Positions 46,328 through 55,725 of a stretch of DNA of 64,000 bases are shown here, piece by piece. Below the pieces are notes generated by a model. It searched no databases. It was given only the letters and a program-made list of their open reading frames with translations, and was not told the origin of the DNA. The DNA is taken from contig JBCCEA010000013.1 in the NCBI GenBank assembly GCA_039030515.1, forward strand, positions 1 through 64,000, read 5' to 3'. Numbering within the stretch: the first letter of the stretch is position 1; each line of letters opens with the position of its first letter. This DNA is from Myxococcota bacterium. GTDB taxonomy: Bacteria > Myxococcota_A > Polyangia > Polyangiales > Houyiibacteriaceae. The translations under genes were made by a program, and so were the position numbers.

Positions 46328-47311
46328 ATGAGGCCTCAACGATCACACTCAAATCGTAGGGCCCAGCAAAGCGAGCCTCTGTCGAACCTAGTTGGCTCTT
46401 TTCTATCGCTTCCCGCCGTCTCTTCGGTTGGCCTATTTCTCTCGATCTGCGGCGTTCCAAACGCGACGCTCGCTCAAGTCGAAGACTGCTTTTCTGAGCC
46501 CAAGCGTTTCGAACCGCAGCAGGTGATTCCAGCGGTTGGCGCTCGGGCGGTCACGCTGGACGCGGTGGTACGCGTTGAATTCAGCGAAGACTATTTTTTC
46601 GTCACTGAGATAAGCCCGGAGGACAGTCTCGAGTTGTTTCGAAATCTAGACGGAGTGCTCGAACGCGTTTCGGGAACGTTTGACCTAGCCGGAGGTCGGA
46701 CCCTCTTTTTTGTACCGGATCAACTGCTCTTTCCAAATTCCGACTACGAAGGCACCGCGTTTGGTTCGGAAGGTGCGCTCAACTTCGCGTTTCGCACTGG
46801 CGACCAACTCGATCGCTCGCCTCCTCAGGTCTTCGGCATAGACAGCACTCGCTCGAGTCGGATCGGACCAACCTGTGAAGCGCCGGCGGGGGGCTACCGG
46901 ATCGATGTCAGTTTTCCACCTGCCGTTGACGACGGTCCTTTGGGCAGCATCGGCTACTTTATCTATCAGACTCGAGGACCCCTGCTCGAGGCTCCGGTAC
47001 TGCGCGCGACGCTCGCGAACTTTGCGACTCCAGGTCTTCTTTCGGTCGGGTTCGTGATCGATCGATTGGAAGCGACGGAGCCCATTTGTGTCGCGATTCA
47101 GGCGGTAGACGGGGTAGGCAACGTAGTCGAGACGGAGTCCGCCTGCTTTGATCCGATCGACGGAAATTACTTTGAATCTCTGTGCGCCGCCTCAGGATCG
47201 ACTGAAGCCGTTTGGGCCGCGCATCGAACGATTTGGATTCCCATCGCACTGGTCCTCTGCGCTTTGGGAATCGGTAGGCGAACCGTATGGATTCGGCCTG
47301 TCCGGCGTTGA
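46328..47311 (+). CDS. Secreted Ig-like (Big_5-type) domain protein with C-terminal Cys-linker-TM-Arg tail (MYXO-CTERM-like)
   Basis: PAVGARAVTLDAVVRVEFS..TLFFVPDQLL.PNSDY..FAFRTG; tail LCAAS..IWIPIALVLCALGIGRR..RPVRR. Confidence 0.72.
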   Translation: MRPQRSHSNRRAQQSEPLSNLVGSFLSLPAVSSVGLFLSICGVPNATLAQVEDCFSEPKRFEPQQVIPAVGARAVTLDAVVRVEFSEDYFFVTEISPEDSLELFRNLDGVLERVSGTFDLAGGRTLFFVPDQLLFPNSDYEGTAFGSEGALNFAFRTGDQLDRSPPQVFGIDSTRSSRIGPTCEAPAGGYRIDVSFPPAVDDGPLGSIGYFIYQTRGPLLEAPVLRATLANFATPGLLSVGFVIDRLEATEPICVAIQAVDGVGNVVETESACFDPIDGNYFESLCAASGSTEAVWAAHRTIWIPIALVLCALGIGRRTVWIRPVRR

Positions 47312-47363
47312 ATAGGATAGTCTGAGCGAAGGGGTGCATACGCAGTACGCCGGTTAGGATTCA

Positions 47364-48488
47364 ATGCGTTCCGGGATTCATTTGTCCAAACATAGTGCCT
47401 TGCTCGTCTGCACTGCGGGAACGATAGCCGCGTCTATTTTGCTGGCGTGTGCAACTTTAGTGGCCAGCGTCCGAACTTCGAGTGGCTTGGTTCTTCTCGT
47501 CGTTTTCGTAGTGCTTGAGATCCTGATGGCGTCGGGTTTGGCCTATCTAGGTAGTCGAAGTGTCGAAATGGATCTCGGGGCCATGGCGGATGCGGTCCGG
47601 GCGATGGCGAGAGGTGGGCGAAAGGAACCGGTCCCCCTTCGCAGCATGGATGAGCTTGGCGAACTGGCCCAGCAACTTGAATCTCTCCGCACCCGGTTCA
47701 TCGAAGGACTGGCTCGAGAGCGAGAGGCACTGCAGCGAGCCGAGGAAGCCGATCGGTATAAAGCCGATTTCCTGACCGCACTGAGTCACGAACTTCGCAC
47801 GCCGCTCAACGCGATCTTGGGGTTTGCCGATGTGCTCCTCAACGAGATCGACGGACCGATCAGCGAAGGGCAACGCGAAGATCTCCAGATCGTCAAAACC
47901 GCTGGTGTGCACCTTATCTCGCTGTTCAACGACGTTCTCGATCTCTCGGCTGCGACCTCTGGCCGATTGGAGCTCGTTCGGCAGAGGGTACCTCTCGGAC
48001 CGATGCTTGACGAAACCGTGGCGTTGTTCGCGGCGCAACGCGGTGAAAAGCAGCGTACCCTGACGATCGATCGCTTCCCCGGTCTTCCGGACGTGGATGC
48101 CGATCCCACCCGACTTCGACAAATCCTCAGCAATCTCACTTCGAATGCTCTGAAGTTCACCCCGGAGGGCTCGATCGTGCTCAGGGCTCGACCGGATAGG
48201 TCCTGGGTCCTGGTAGAGGTTCAGGATACGGGCGTAGGTATCGCGCCGGAGGAGATCCCGCTTATATTTCAAGAATTTGGCCAGGTTCGAGGAGAGTCCC
48301 GCAGACACCGAGGGACCGGCCTAGGGCTCGCGATCACCAAGCAGCTTGTCGAGCTGCATGGCGGCCAGGTTCGGGTGGAGAGTCGGATCGGAGTGGGTTC
48401 CACATTTTCTTTTTCGCTACCGATTTGGCGGGGTATCGCTGAGTTTGAAGCCGATTTGATCGAGATGTCGACGCATGACGACCGCTGA
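47364..48488 (+). CDS. Membrane HAMP histidine kinase
   Basis: Two TM helices; HAMP DELGELA; SHELRTPLNAI; LRQILSNLTSNALKF; DTGVGI; GTGLGL. Confidence 0.95.
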   Translation: MRSGIHLSKHSALLVCTAGTIAASILLACATLVASVRTSSGLVLLVVFVVLEILMASGLAYLGSRSVEMDLGAMADAVRAMARGGRKEPVPLRSMDELGELAQQLESLRTRFIEGLAREREALQRAEEADRYKADFLTALSHELRTPLNAILGFADVLLNEIDGPISEGQREDLQIVKTAGVHLISLFNDVLDLSAATSGRLELVRQRVPLGPMLDETVALFAAQRGEKQRTLTIDRFPGLPDVDADPTRLRQILSNLTSNALKFTPEGSIVLRARPDRSWVLVEVQDTGVGIAPEEIPLIFQEFGQVRGESRRHRGTGLGLAITKQLVELHGGQVRVESRIGVGSTFSFSLPIWRGIAEFEADLIEMSTHDDR

Positions 48489-48572
48489 TTTTGAGGTCCT
48501 CGCCGGTAGGACTCACTCCAGGCATTCCGCGGCTTGGGTTGGACCGAGCAGGCTTCTGGTGGAGGCTGAGCG

Positions 48573-50297
48573 TTGACGGCCCCATCGCTACCTACTCCTC
48601 AGGGGATGTGGCTTCGCCTCGTCGGAATCGCAGCGGTCCTGGGCGGCATCGCGAGCTGCTGGTTCACCCTCACCGCTCTTTTGTTTGTCGGCTGTTCTTG
48701 GGCGAATCTAGGTTCGATCGGTCGCCTTGCAGCCGTGCTGTTCTCCGCGTTACTGGTCGGTGTCGGCGTTGGCGGCGTGTGGGCGATGTCTCTTGCCGTG
48801 CCGCTTTACCGTGGGCTTCAGAGAGTCCTTTCGCGTTCCCACCTTCAGGAGACACCTCCACCCTCGATCGCGGCGGTCCGAGATACCTTTGAGGCGCCCG
48901 CGACAATGATGGCTTCGGCCGGCGTGATGGTCGGTACGGTCTTGGTCCTCGAGTTTCTTCGGTTGGCACAGTTTGGACGATTCGACGAGCGTTTGGGATT
49001 TGGCGTTTTGCTACACGCGACGTCGATCTGTTTGGCGTTTCTCTATCCGCTTTTGCTTCTCTGGAGGCGCGCTCTTTGGGTTTGGCTTGATCGGCTCGAT
49101 CCAATGGACGTGCCGATCAAGTTCCGAACTCGCTTGGCGGGCGGCACCCTGAGGCGGGGGCTCCTGCTGCTGGTCAGCATGCTGCTTTCCTTCGTCGCCA
49201 TGCTCGCGGCTCACAACTCAATGTCAGAAGTGAAGCCGATGGCCCTTCTCGGCATCTCCTTTTCTTTCGTCGTACTGCTCACCCTGACGGCTCTATTTGC
49301 AAGGCGCCTTGGACAGCTTATTGCTGACGATGTGCGAAGACTGAGCGCTAGGATGGCGGTACTTCTCGGTAGCGGCTTAGCCGGGCGTCGAGCCGGTCCT
49401 TCAACGCATCCTTTTCGAACCCGTGCCGCTGCTGAACTCTCCGACGGGATTCAGGAACTGGTCGATAAGTACGGAATGCTTCAGCGGGAAGAGCTGCGCG
49501 CGCGCAGTGCGGTAGAAGAGGCGCAGAGACTCAAGAGTAGATTCCTAGCGTATATGAGTCACGATCTGAGAAGTCCGCTCAACTCTATTCGAGGTTTCGC
49601 CGAGATTCTTGCGCGGCAAACCGACGGACCACTAAACGCGCAGCAACTCGAAAGCGTGCACATGATTCGAGAAAGCGGTGATGATCTGCTTCGGCTTGTG
49701 ACCGATATTTTGGACTCGGCCCGATTGGAGGCAGGGCGCCTGGAGCTGCATCGTCAGTGGGTGCCGCCGATCGAACTCCTGACCGAAGCCGTGAATCGAG
49801 CACTCGGCGCGGTTGGGCAAGATGTTTCGGTAGATACAGAGGTCTCTGCAGGGCTCCCCCCAGTGCGCGTGGATGGAGGACGCATTGTTCAAGCCCTCAC
49901 TTCAGTGCTCGTGCACACGCTTCGTGGCGTGCAGCGAGGGCAATTGAGGATTCAAGCGTCGCTATCTAGCCCGTCTTCCGATGACGGCGAGTCCGTTGCA
50001 GCACCTTCGCTCCACATTGAGATTACCGATCCGAACGGGGTGGTTGGACCTCAGGCTCGGCGAAGGATTAGTGCGGCATTTGACGAGCGTAAACGGCCGG
50101 CACCCCAAAGCGTTGGAGGAGTGGATTTGGGCTTGGGTTTGGCCCGGGCACTGGTCGTAGAACACGGAGGTGACCTCTGGTACCGCCATGAGAAGTTCAC
50201 CGCTCTGATTCTGCGGCTCCCGGTCGACGGACCTCGCTCCCCAGCAGCCAATGCCCGTGCTTCAAATCTGGCGAAATACTCTGAATTTTCTGAGTAG
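48573..50297 (+). CDS. Multi-TM histidine kinase-like protein with intact H-box and degenerate ATPase domain
   Basis: GGAGG SD before TTG; about six TM segments; SHDLRSPLNSI; N and G boxes altered. Confidence 0.85.
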   Translation: MTAPSLPTPQGMWLRLVGIAAVLGGIASCWFTLTALLFVGCSWANLGSIGRLAAVLFSALLVGVGVGGVWAMSLAVPLYRGLQRVLSRSHLQETPPPSIAAVRDTFEAPATMMASAGVMVGTVLVLEFLRLAQFGRFDERLGFGVLLHATSICLAFLYPLLLLWRRALWVWLDRLDPMDVPIKFRTRLAGGTLRRGLLLLVSMLLSFVAMLAAHNSMSEVKPMALLGISFSFVVLLTLTALFARRLGQLIADDVRRLSARMAVLLGSGLAGRRAGPSTHPFRTRAAAELSDGIQELVDKYGMLQREELRARSAVEEAQRLKSRFLAYMSHDLRSPLNSIRGFAEILARQTDGPLNAQQLESVHMIRESGDDLLRLVTDILDSARLEAGRLELHRQWVPPIELLTEAVNRALGAVGQDVSVDTEVSAGLPPVRVDGGRIVQALTSVLVHTLRGVQRGQLRIQASLSSPSSDDGESVAAPSLHIEITDPNGVVGPQARRRISAAFDERKRPAPQSVGGVDLGLGLARALVVEHGGDLWYRHEKFTALILRLPVDGPRSPAANARASNLAKYSEFSE

Positions 50298-50366
50298 CGA
50301 GTAAATCTGGAGCTGGCGTTGACGCTGATTCTTTTATCATAGTAAGAATCGACCGAGGCCTCGGAG

Positions 50367-51617
50367 TTGTCTTCCATTAAAGCCCTAAATTTTTGGTCAC
50401 TCTCCGATGTTGGGCGGGAGCGCGATCACAACGAAGACAGCCTCCTCATCGACGAAGACCTCCGCCTATTTATTTGCGCAGATGGCATGGGCGGGCACGC
50501 GGCGGGTGAGGTGGCTAGCTCGATGGCGTCCCGAATCATACGTGATGTGCTCGCTGCGGAGGCGTCCATGCTCAGAGACTATGCGGAGGGTAGCGAGCGC
50601 ACGAGTCGAATCGAAGTGCTCCGACTCCTCGAGTCCAGCGTGCAGCGCGCATGCACTGCCCTGTACGAACAAGGGGTACGCGACGAAACAAAACGGGGTA
50701 TGGGGACCACGGTAGAGGCACTCCTTATCGTTGCCAATCGCGGATTCATCGCGCACGTCGGTGATTCGCGGATTTACCTACATCGACAAGGTTCGACCCA
50801 TCAGCTGACCGAAGATCATTCTTTGATCAACGAGCTGCTGAAGAGAGGTCGCCTCACCCGAGCTCAAATCGAGAAAATCCATTACAAAAATGCGGTGACT
50901 CGTGCGGTTGGGGTCTATGAAAACGTCGAAGTGGATGTGTTCGACTTCGACGTACTCGCGGGGGATAGTTTCTTGCTGTGCTCCGACGGCCTGAGCGGTT
51001 ACCTCCAAGACGGTGAACTATCGACACTCTTCGAGGATTGCGCTCATGAGGATCTCGCACGGCATCTGATCGATCTCGCGAACAGCCGCGGAGGTCGCGA
51101 CAACATTACGGCGATCGTCGTGCATATTCCCGCGGTCGAAACCGGTATCGATCGGTTGGCCCGCGAGGTTCACCTAAAAATCGAACTCCTGCACCAGATG
51201 CCGCTGTTTCGCTTACTCAACTACCAAGAGTTGGTCCGGGTACTCAACAGCACCTCGGTCTGCACCTTTGACGCAGGAGCGTCCATTATGCGCGAGGGAG
51301 AGGAGGGCGATGCGCTGTTTATCATTCTCGAAGGAGAGGTTCGGGTGCATGCCGGCGAAACGACCATTGCCAATTTTGGCAGCGGTCAACATTTTGGCGA
51401 AATGGCGCTACTCGATAAGTCGAGTCGTAGTGCCAGCGTGACCAGCCGTACCGATTCCAAACTGCTGTGTATCCGCCGAGCCGCGTTTTTTGACCTGGTG
51501 CGGAACCATCATGACCTCGCCGTGAAGCTGCTGTGGAGCTTTCTCGGAGTGCTTTCTCAAAGGCTCCGCCTCACCTCGAAAGAGCTGCAAGAGATCAAAC
51601 AACAATTCAGCGTTTAG
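50367..51617 (+). CDS. PP2C/PPM Ser/Thr phosphatase fused to a cyclic-nucleotide-binding domain
   Basis: DVGRERDHNED, CADGMGGH, AHVGDSR, LCSDGL, GGRDNIT; cNMP FGEMALLD..RSASV. Confidence 0.95.
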   Translation: MSSIKALNFWSLSDVGRERDHNEDSLLIDEDLRLFICADGMGGHAAGEVASSMASRIIRDVLAAEASMLRDYAEGSERTSRIEVLRLLESSVQRACTALYEQGVRDETKRGMGTTVEALLIVANRGFIAHVGDSRIYLHRQGSTHQLTEDHSLINELLKRGRLTRAQIEKIHYKNAVTRAVGVYENVEVDVFDFDVLAGDSFLLCSDGLSGYLQDGELSTLFEDCAHEDLARHLIDLANSRGGRDNITAIVVHIPAVETGIDRLAREVHLKIELLHQMPLFRLLNYQELVRVLNSTSVCTFDAGASIMREGEEGDALFIILEGEVRVHAGETTIANFGSGQHFGEMALLDKSSRSASVTSRTDSKLLCIRRAAFFDLVRNHHDLAVKLLWSFLGVLSQRLRLTSKELQEIKQQFSV

Positions 51618-51689
51618 GTAGACGCTCCCTGAGTCGAATCTCCTGCAGCTGGGCGCTGGAGTAGAAGTCTGTCACGAGGTCTCTGCCGC

Positions 51690-52592
51690 CTACCCTTCGT
51701 CGAGAGCGCTCTGAGTATCTGACGTGTTCGCTGGTGACAGACCGTTCTTTGCCTCGATCAGAAGTTTGTAAGCGTCGCTTTGCGGGATTCCCGCGGCGCC
51801 AGAGAGCATTTGTGCTGCTTGCTTAGTGGGTGTCTCTTGCAGTTGCTGAATCAGCTCCGAAACGTCGGCTTTTGGAACGCTAGAATCCACGCTTTTTGCG
51901 GAAACCACGATGGTGACCTCACCCCGAAGCCGCTGCGGCAGCTTTTCGCACAGCTCCCGAGCGCTTCCCGAGAGGATCTCCTCGAAGGCTTTGGTGAGTT
52001 CACGGCACAGCGCGACCGGACGGTCACCCAGAATTTCTGCAAGCTCAAGGAGCGTTGGGCGGACGCGTCTTGGAGATTCAAAAAAGACCGATGCTGCCGA
52101 GTCGAGCCGAATCGTTTCGAGGAACTGAGCGCGTTCCCCTCCCTTTCGCGGTAGAAAACCGAGGAATCTGAACCGATCGACCCGAACCCCCGCAACGCTG
52201 ATCGCAGCGGTTACGGCGCTCACTCCGGGTATTGCCTCCACGATGATTCCGCTCTCTCGAGCTGACGACACCAGATGTGCACCCGGGTCGCTGATCAGTG
52301 GCGTTCCTGCGTCGCTGACCAACGCGAGCTGCGCTCCGGCTTTCAGTTCTTCAAGGATTCCCTGAGCGCTGTGTGAGCTGCTGTGGGCATGAAACGCCCT
52401 TAAAGGTGTCTTGATCTGATGATACTGACTGAGCGTTCGCGTTCTGCGCGTATCTTCAGCAAGGATCGCATCAACTTGGCCGAGCACCCGCAGTGCGCGA
52501 AGGGTGATGTCTTCGAGATTTCCTATCGGAGTGGCCACGATGAAAAGTCGTCCCTTCCCATCCCGCACTCCCCCTGCTTCTCGTCGGTTCAC
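51690..52592 (-). CDS. rsmI: 16S rRNA (cytidine1402-2'-O)-methyltransferase
   Basis: VATPIGNLEDITLRA, AEDTR, VSDAGTPLISDPG, GFLPRK, FESPRR, RELTK. Confidence 0.97.
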   Translation of the reverse strand: MNRREAGGVRDGKGRLFIVATPIGNLEDITLRALRVLGQVDAILAEDTRRTRTLSQYHQIKTPLRAFHAHSSSHSAQGILEELKAGAQLALVSDAGTPLISDPGAHLVSSARESGIIVEAIPGVSAVTAAISVAGVRVDRFRFLGFLPRKGGERAQFLETIRLDSAASVFFESPRRVRPTLLELAEILGDRPVALCRELTKAFEEILSGSARELCEKLPQRLRGEVTIVVSAKSVDSSVPKADVSELIQQLQETPTKQAAQMLSGAAGIPQSDAYKLLIEAKNGLSPANTSDTQSALDEG

Positions 52593-53599
52593 GGGTTCTC
52601 GTAGACATCGAGGATGTGCGAACCGAGTTCTGAGTCGAGGTAGTCGCGTAGTTTTTGGATCAGTCGTTTTTCGATCTGTCGCACTCTTTCGCGGCTCACT
52701 CCGAACCCGTCTCCGAGCTGCTGTAGTGTTTGTGGATCTTCCGAAAGAAGGCGTTTTTCAAAAATCGCTTGTTCTTTTCCTTTGAGAAGTGCGCCGAACT
52801 CATGGATCTTCTCGGTGAGTCGATCGTGGATTTCCTCGTCGGCGATGATTTCGTCGATGGCGCCCATGCCGCCGGGAAGCAGTTCTACTCGAGAGACTTG
52901 GCGCCCCTCGTTGTTTCCAACAGGTGCATCGAGTGAGAGCTCACCGGCGGAAAGGCGTCGATCCATCGAAACCACGTCTTTGGTCGGCACGTTGAGATTT
53001 TCAGCGATTTTTTCAGGAGTCGCCTCGATCCCCATCGCAGCCAGGCGAGCCTGCTCTTTCTTGAGATTAAAAAAGAGTTTTCGTTGGGCTTGCGTGGTTC
53101 CAACTTTCACGAGTCGGTGGTTGTTCAGGATAAATCTCAGAATGTAGGCGCGAATCCACCAAGCCGCATAGCTGGAGAGCTTTACCCCCTTATAGGGATC
53201 ATACTTTCGCACAGCCTGCATCAATCCGATGTTGCCCTCTTGGACGAGGTCGAGGATGTTCCGATACGCCCGCCGATAGTCGTAGGCGATTTTGACCACC
53301 AACCGCAGGTTTGCGGTGACCAGCCGATGCGCGGTTTTCACGTTTCCCGTTTCTACGTAGTGTACCGCCAGCTCGTGTTCTTCCTCGGGTTTCAACAGCT
53401 CATAACGTTGAACTTCGGTCATGTACTGCGCGAGCGGGTCCCGACGACTCACGTCAGATGAAGTGTCTCCGGAGCGCACGGGCAGCGACGTGGCTGCTGC
53501 ATCATCGTTATGTATTTCGGTACCGGTGGCGTTTCCGAGTATTGTTTCCGGATCCAACTCGTCGTCGGTGTTCGGTTCTGTCATGGTCAGCGAAGACAT
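52589..53599 (-). CDS. RNA polymerase sigma-32 (RpoH-family) factor
   Basis: ANLRLVVKIA, DLVQEGNIGLM, YAAWWIRA, RpoH box TTQAQRKLFFNL, VSRERVRQIE. The paralogue identity cannot be resolved by eye. Confidence 0.95.
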   Translation of the reverse strand: MSSLTMTEPNTDDELDPETILGNATGTEIHNDDAAATSLPVRSGDTSSDVSRRDPLAQYMTEVQRYELLKPEEEHELAVHYVETGNVKTAHRLVTANLRLVVKIAYDYRRAYRNILDLVQEGNIGLMQAVRKYDPYKGVKLSSYAAWWIRAYILRFILNNHRLVKVGTTQAQRKLFFNLKKEQARLAAMGIEATPEKIAENLNVPTKDVVSMDRRLSAGELSLDAPVGNNEGRQVSRVELLPGGMGAIDEIIADEEIHDRLTEKIHEFGALLKGKEQAIFEKRLLSEDPQTLQQLGDGFGVSRERVRQIEKRLIQKLRDYLDSELGSHILDVYENP

Positions 53600-53675
53600 T
53601 CCTTGTACAAGTACGCGTCAGTACCTGGCTGCGTTACCAAACTGATGTACTGCATCGCATTGGGTTTTTTGGAGT

Positions 53676-54047
53676 CTATGTTTCATCGTCAACTCCAAAG
53701 ACTGCGCCGTACTCCGAAGGCTTAAATCCCACGACGACGTTTGTTCCGCTCTCTAGGATGGGTCGCTTGATCAGCATTCCATCTTCGGCCAGCGCCTCTA
53801 GTGCTTCATCGTCTGAAACGGAGTTTAGTTTTGAGGACCATCCTCCCTCTCGGTATGCCTTGCCAGAGGTATTGAACATCTTGCGCAAAGGCAGCCCGGA
53901 GTTCTGCCAGTAGCGCTTCAGTTGCGACTTAGAAGGAGGTTCTTGCTGGATATGGATCGACTCATAACCCACGCCGTGCTGATCTAGCCATCGAAGCGCC
54001 TTCTTACAGGAACTACAGTTGGGGTAGTACAAAATCCTGACGGCCAT
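53676..54047 (-). CDS. ArsC/Spx/MgsR family protein
   Basis: YPNCSSCKKA, FNTSGKAYR, GMLIKRPIL, VGF. Confidence 0.92.
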   Translation of the reverse strand: MAVRILYYPNCSSCKKALRWLDQHGVGYESIHIQQEPPSKSQLKRYWQNSGLPLRKMFNTSGKAYREGGWSSKLNSVSDDEALEALAEDGMLIKRPILESGTNVVVGFKPSEYGAVFGVDDET

Positions 54048-54148
54048 GAACGCGGCGTAAATCGGAACCTGTGCTTTGGCAAGCTGTTCCCAGGGGCTGC
54101 CCAGACGTCTTCTGCTCTCTTTTCGAATTGGTTAGTATTTCAGAGCAC

Positions 54149-55159
54149 CTATCCCGAACTGCCGGGTGCGAGTGCTCCTCCGGCAGGAACCATTCGAACG
54201 CCGCCGGCCACTGAGCCCCCCAGCCGAAACTGCAGCGCCTCGTCACGGGTCCTTGCCGGACGAAGTTGGGGCACGTTGTCGAGAACCAAAAAGAGACGCT
54301 CGGTCACTTCGTTTCGTTTCCGATAGGCTTCGAGAAACTCCAGTCTGAGGAGGATATCGAGTCGTGAGCGCTTCAAGGGAGACAACAGTCGCACGGTTCC
54401 TGAGCCGGCGATGCGTGCATCCTCTCCATCAGCCTTCAGTTCCTCGATGGTGGCTTTACCCTCAGAAATATTCATATTAAGTGCGAGTTCACCCAAAGAA
54501 AGACGCTCCACGGTCAGTCCGTTGCGAAGCATGGGAACGGCGGCAATTTTGAGCTTGCCGCCCTCGATACTGGCGTCTTTTATCGCGAATTCGGCGCTGC
54601 CGGTTGCCTCGGCAGTGACTTCCGGTACCTCGAGTGTCAGGGCTCCGGTCAATCGACCTCCTACGGGAAGTCCCACATAGTTCTCGATGATGCCCACCTG
54701 CCGGAGGTTCAGGTCCTCGATATCCACGGATGCAGAGATATGGCGCCCCGATTTGGTCAACGAGCCTTCGAATGTGCCGCCAGCCAGCTCTAGTTTGAAG
54801 TCCAGCTTTTGAGTGCCGATGAGGAGCCTGAGAAGCGATATTTGCGCCACTACGCTATCGATCGCGAGCGCATATGTGGAGTCCGCGTCCATCTCGGACG
54901 GCTCGATCACTCGAACCCCCTCAAGCTGGACTCCGCTGAGCCAATAAGGGCGTAGGCTGTCTATCTCAAGGTGCCTGCCGCGACCGTCGGCTCGTTGGTT
55001 TGCGGAGCGTTCGAACTCCTGAACTAGGTAATCGCGAATTCGGTTCCAAGGAAAAGTCCAATAGAAGAACAGTAGAAAGATCGAGATAAAAAAGGAGATG
55101 TAGCCCGTCCACGCGAGGGCTTTCTTTCTTCCGGGCGGCCACGGTTTTATCGAGTTCAT
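54149..55159 (-). CDS. gspN: Type II secretion protein GspN
   Basis: N-terminal TM ending YWTFPW, beta-rich body; last gene of the gsp run. Confidence 0.8.
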   Translation of the reverse strand: MNSIKPWPPGRKKALAWTGYISFFISIFLLFFYWTFPWNRIRDYLVQEFERSANQRADGRGRHLEIDSLRPYWLSGVQLEGVRVIEPSEMDADSTYALAIDSVVAQISLLRLLIGTQKLDFKLELAGGTFEGSLTKSGRHISASVDIEDLNLRQVGIIENYVGLPVGGRLTGALTLEVPEVTAEATGSAEFAIKDASIEGGKLKIAAVPMLRNGLTVERLSLGELALNMNISEGKATIEELKADGEDARIAGSGTVRLLSPLKRSRLDILLRLEFLEAYRKRNEVTERLFLVLDNVPQLRPARTRDEALQFRLGGSVAGGVRMVPAGGALAPGSSG

Positions 55160-55725
55160 CGATTCCGGCTTTCGGCGGTATCCGCGGCATGCTCGTAGCT
55201 GATCACGTCGAGTTGCATATTGTAGCTATCTCCGCTCCGGAAGTGTTCGATCTGTATCCGTTTGAGCGCTACTGGATATGCGCTGTTGTCGATGTGGGCC
55301 ATGAGCTCTATCGAGGGGCGGAGGCCAACGCGGGGGAGGCTGACCCGCAGATGTCTTCTCTTAAACCCACCGGAAACTCGCTCTGGCTGAGGTGTGGTTT
55401 CCCGCACTTGAAGACCGACCTCTTCGCCCAGCGTCGCCACCAGCTGTCTCAGAGCGGGGGCGCTCTGTGCATATCGTTGCTTGGAGGCCTCTGCCCGTGC
55501 CTGCTGCGCTTCAAGATGGGTTCGCGACCGATCGAGGTCTCGCAATACAGAGGCGAGCTGCCGGTTTTCCTCCTCCAGCTGACCCATCGATCGAAGTACG
55601 AGGAGCACTGGAAGCATGACGAGGAGCGCTAGGGCCACCGCTCCCAGCAAACCGACCAGTTTCTGTTCGCGGTCGTTCAGATTCTCGTAGGCAGAGCGCA
55701 TCGATGCGATGAGATCAGCGGTCAC
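55156..55725 (-). CDS. gspM: Type II secretion protein GspM
   Basis: LNDREQKLV + TM + coiled coil; position after gspL. Confidence 0.8.
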   Translation of the reverse strand: MTADLIASMRSAYENLNDREQKLVGLLGAVALALLVMLPVLLVLRSMGQLEEENRQLASVLRDLDRSRTHLEAQQARAEASKQRYAQSAPALRQLVATLGEEVGLQVRETTPQPERVSGGFKRRHLRVSLPRVGLRPSIELMAHIDNSAYPVALKRIQIEHFRSGDSYNMQLDVISYEHAADTAESRNR

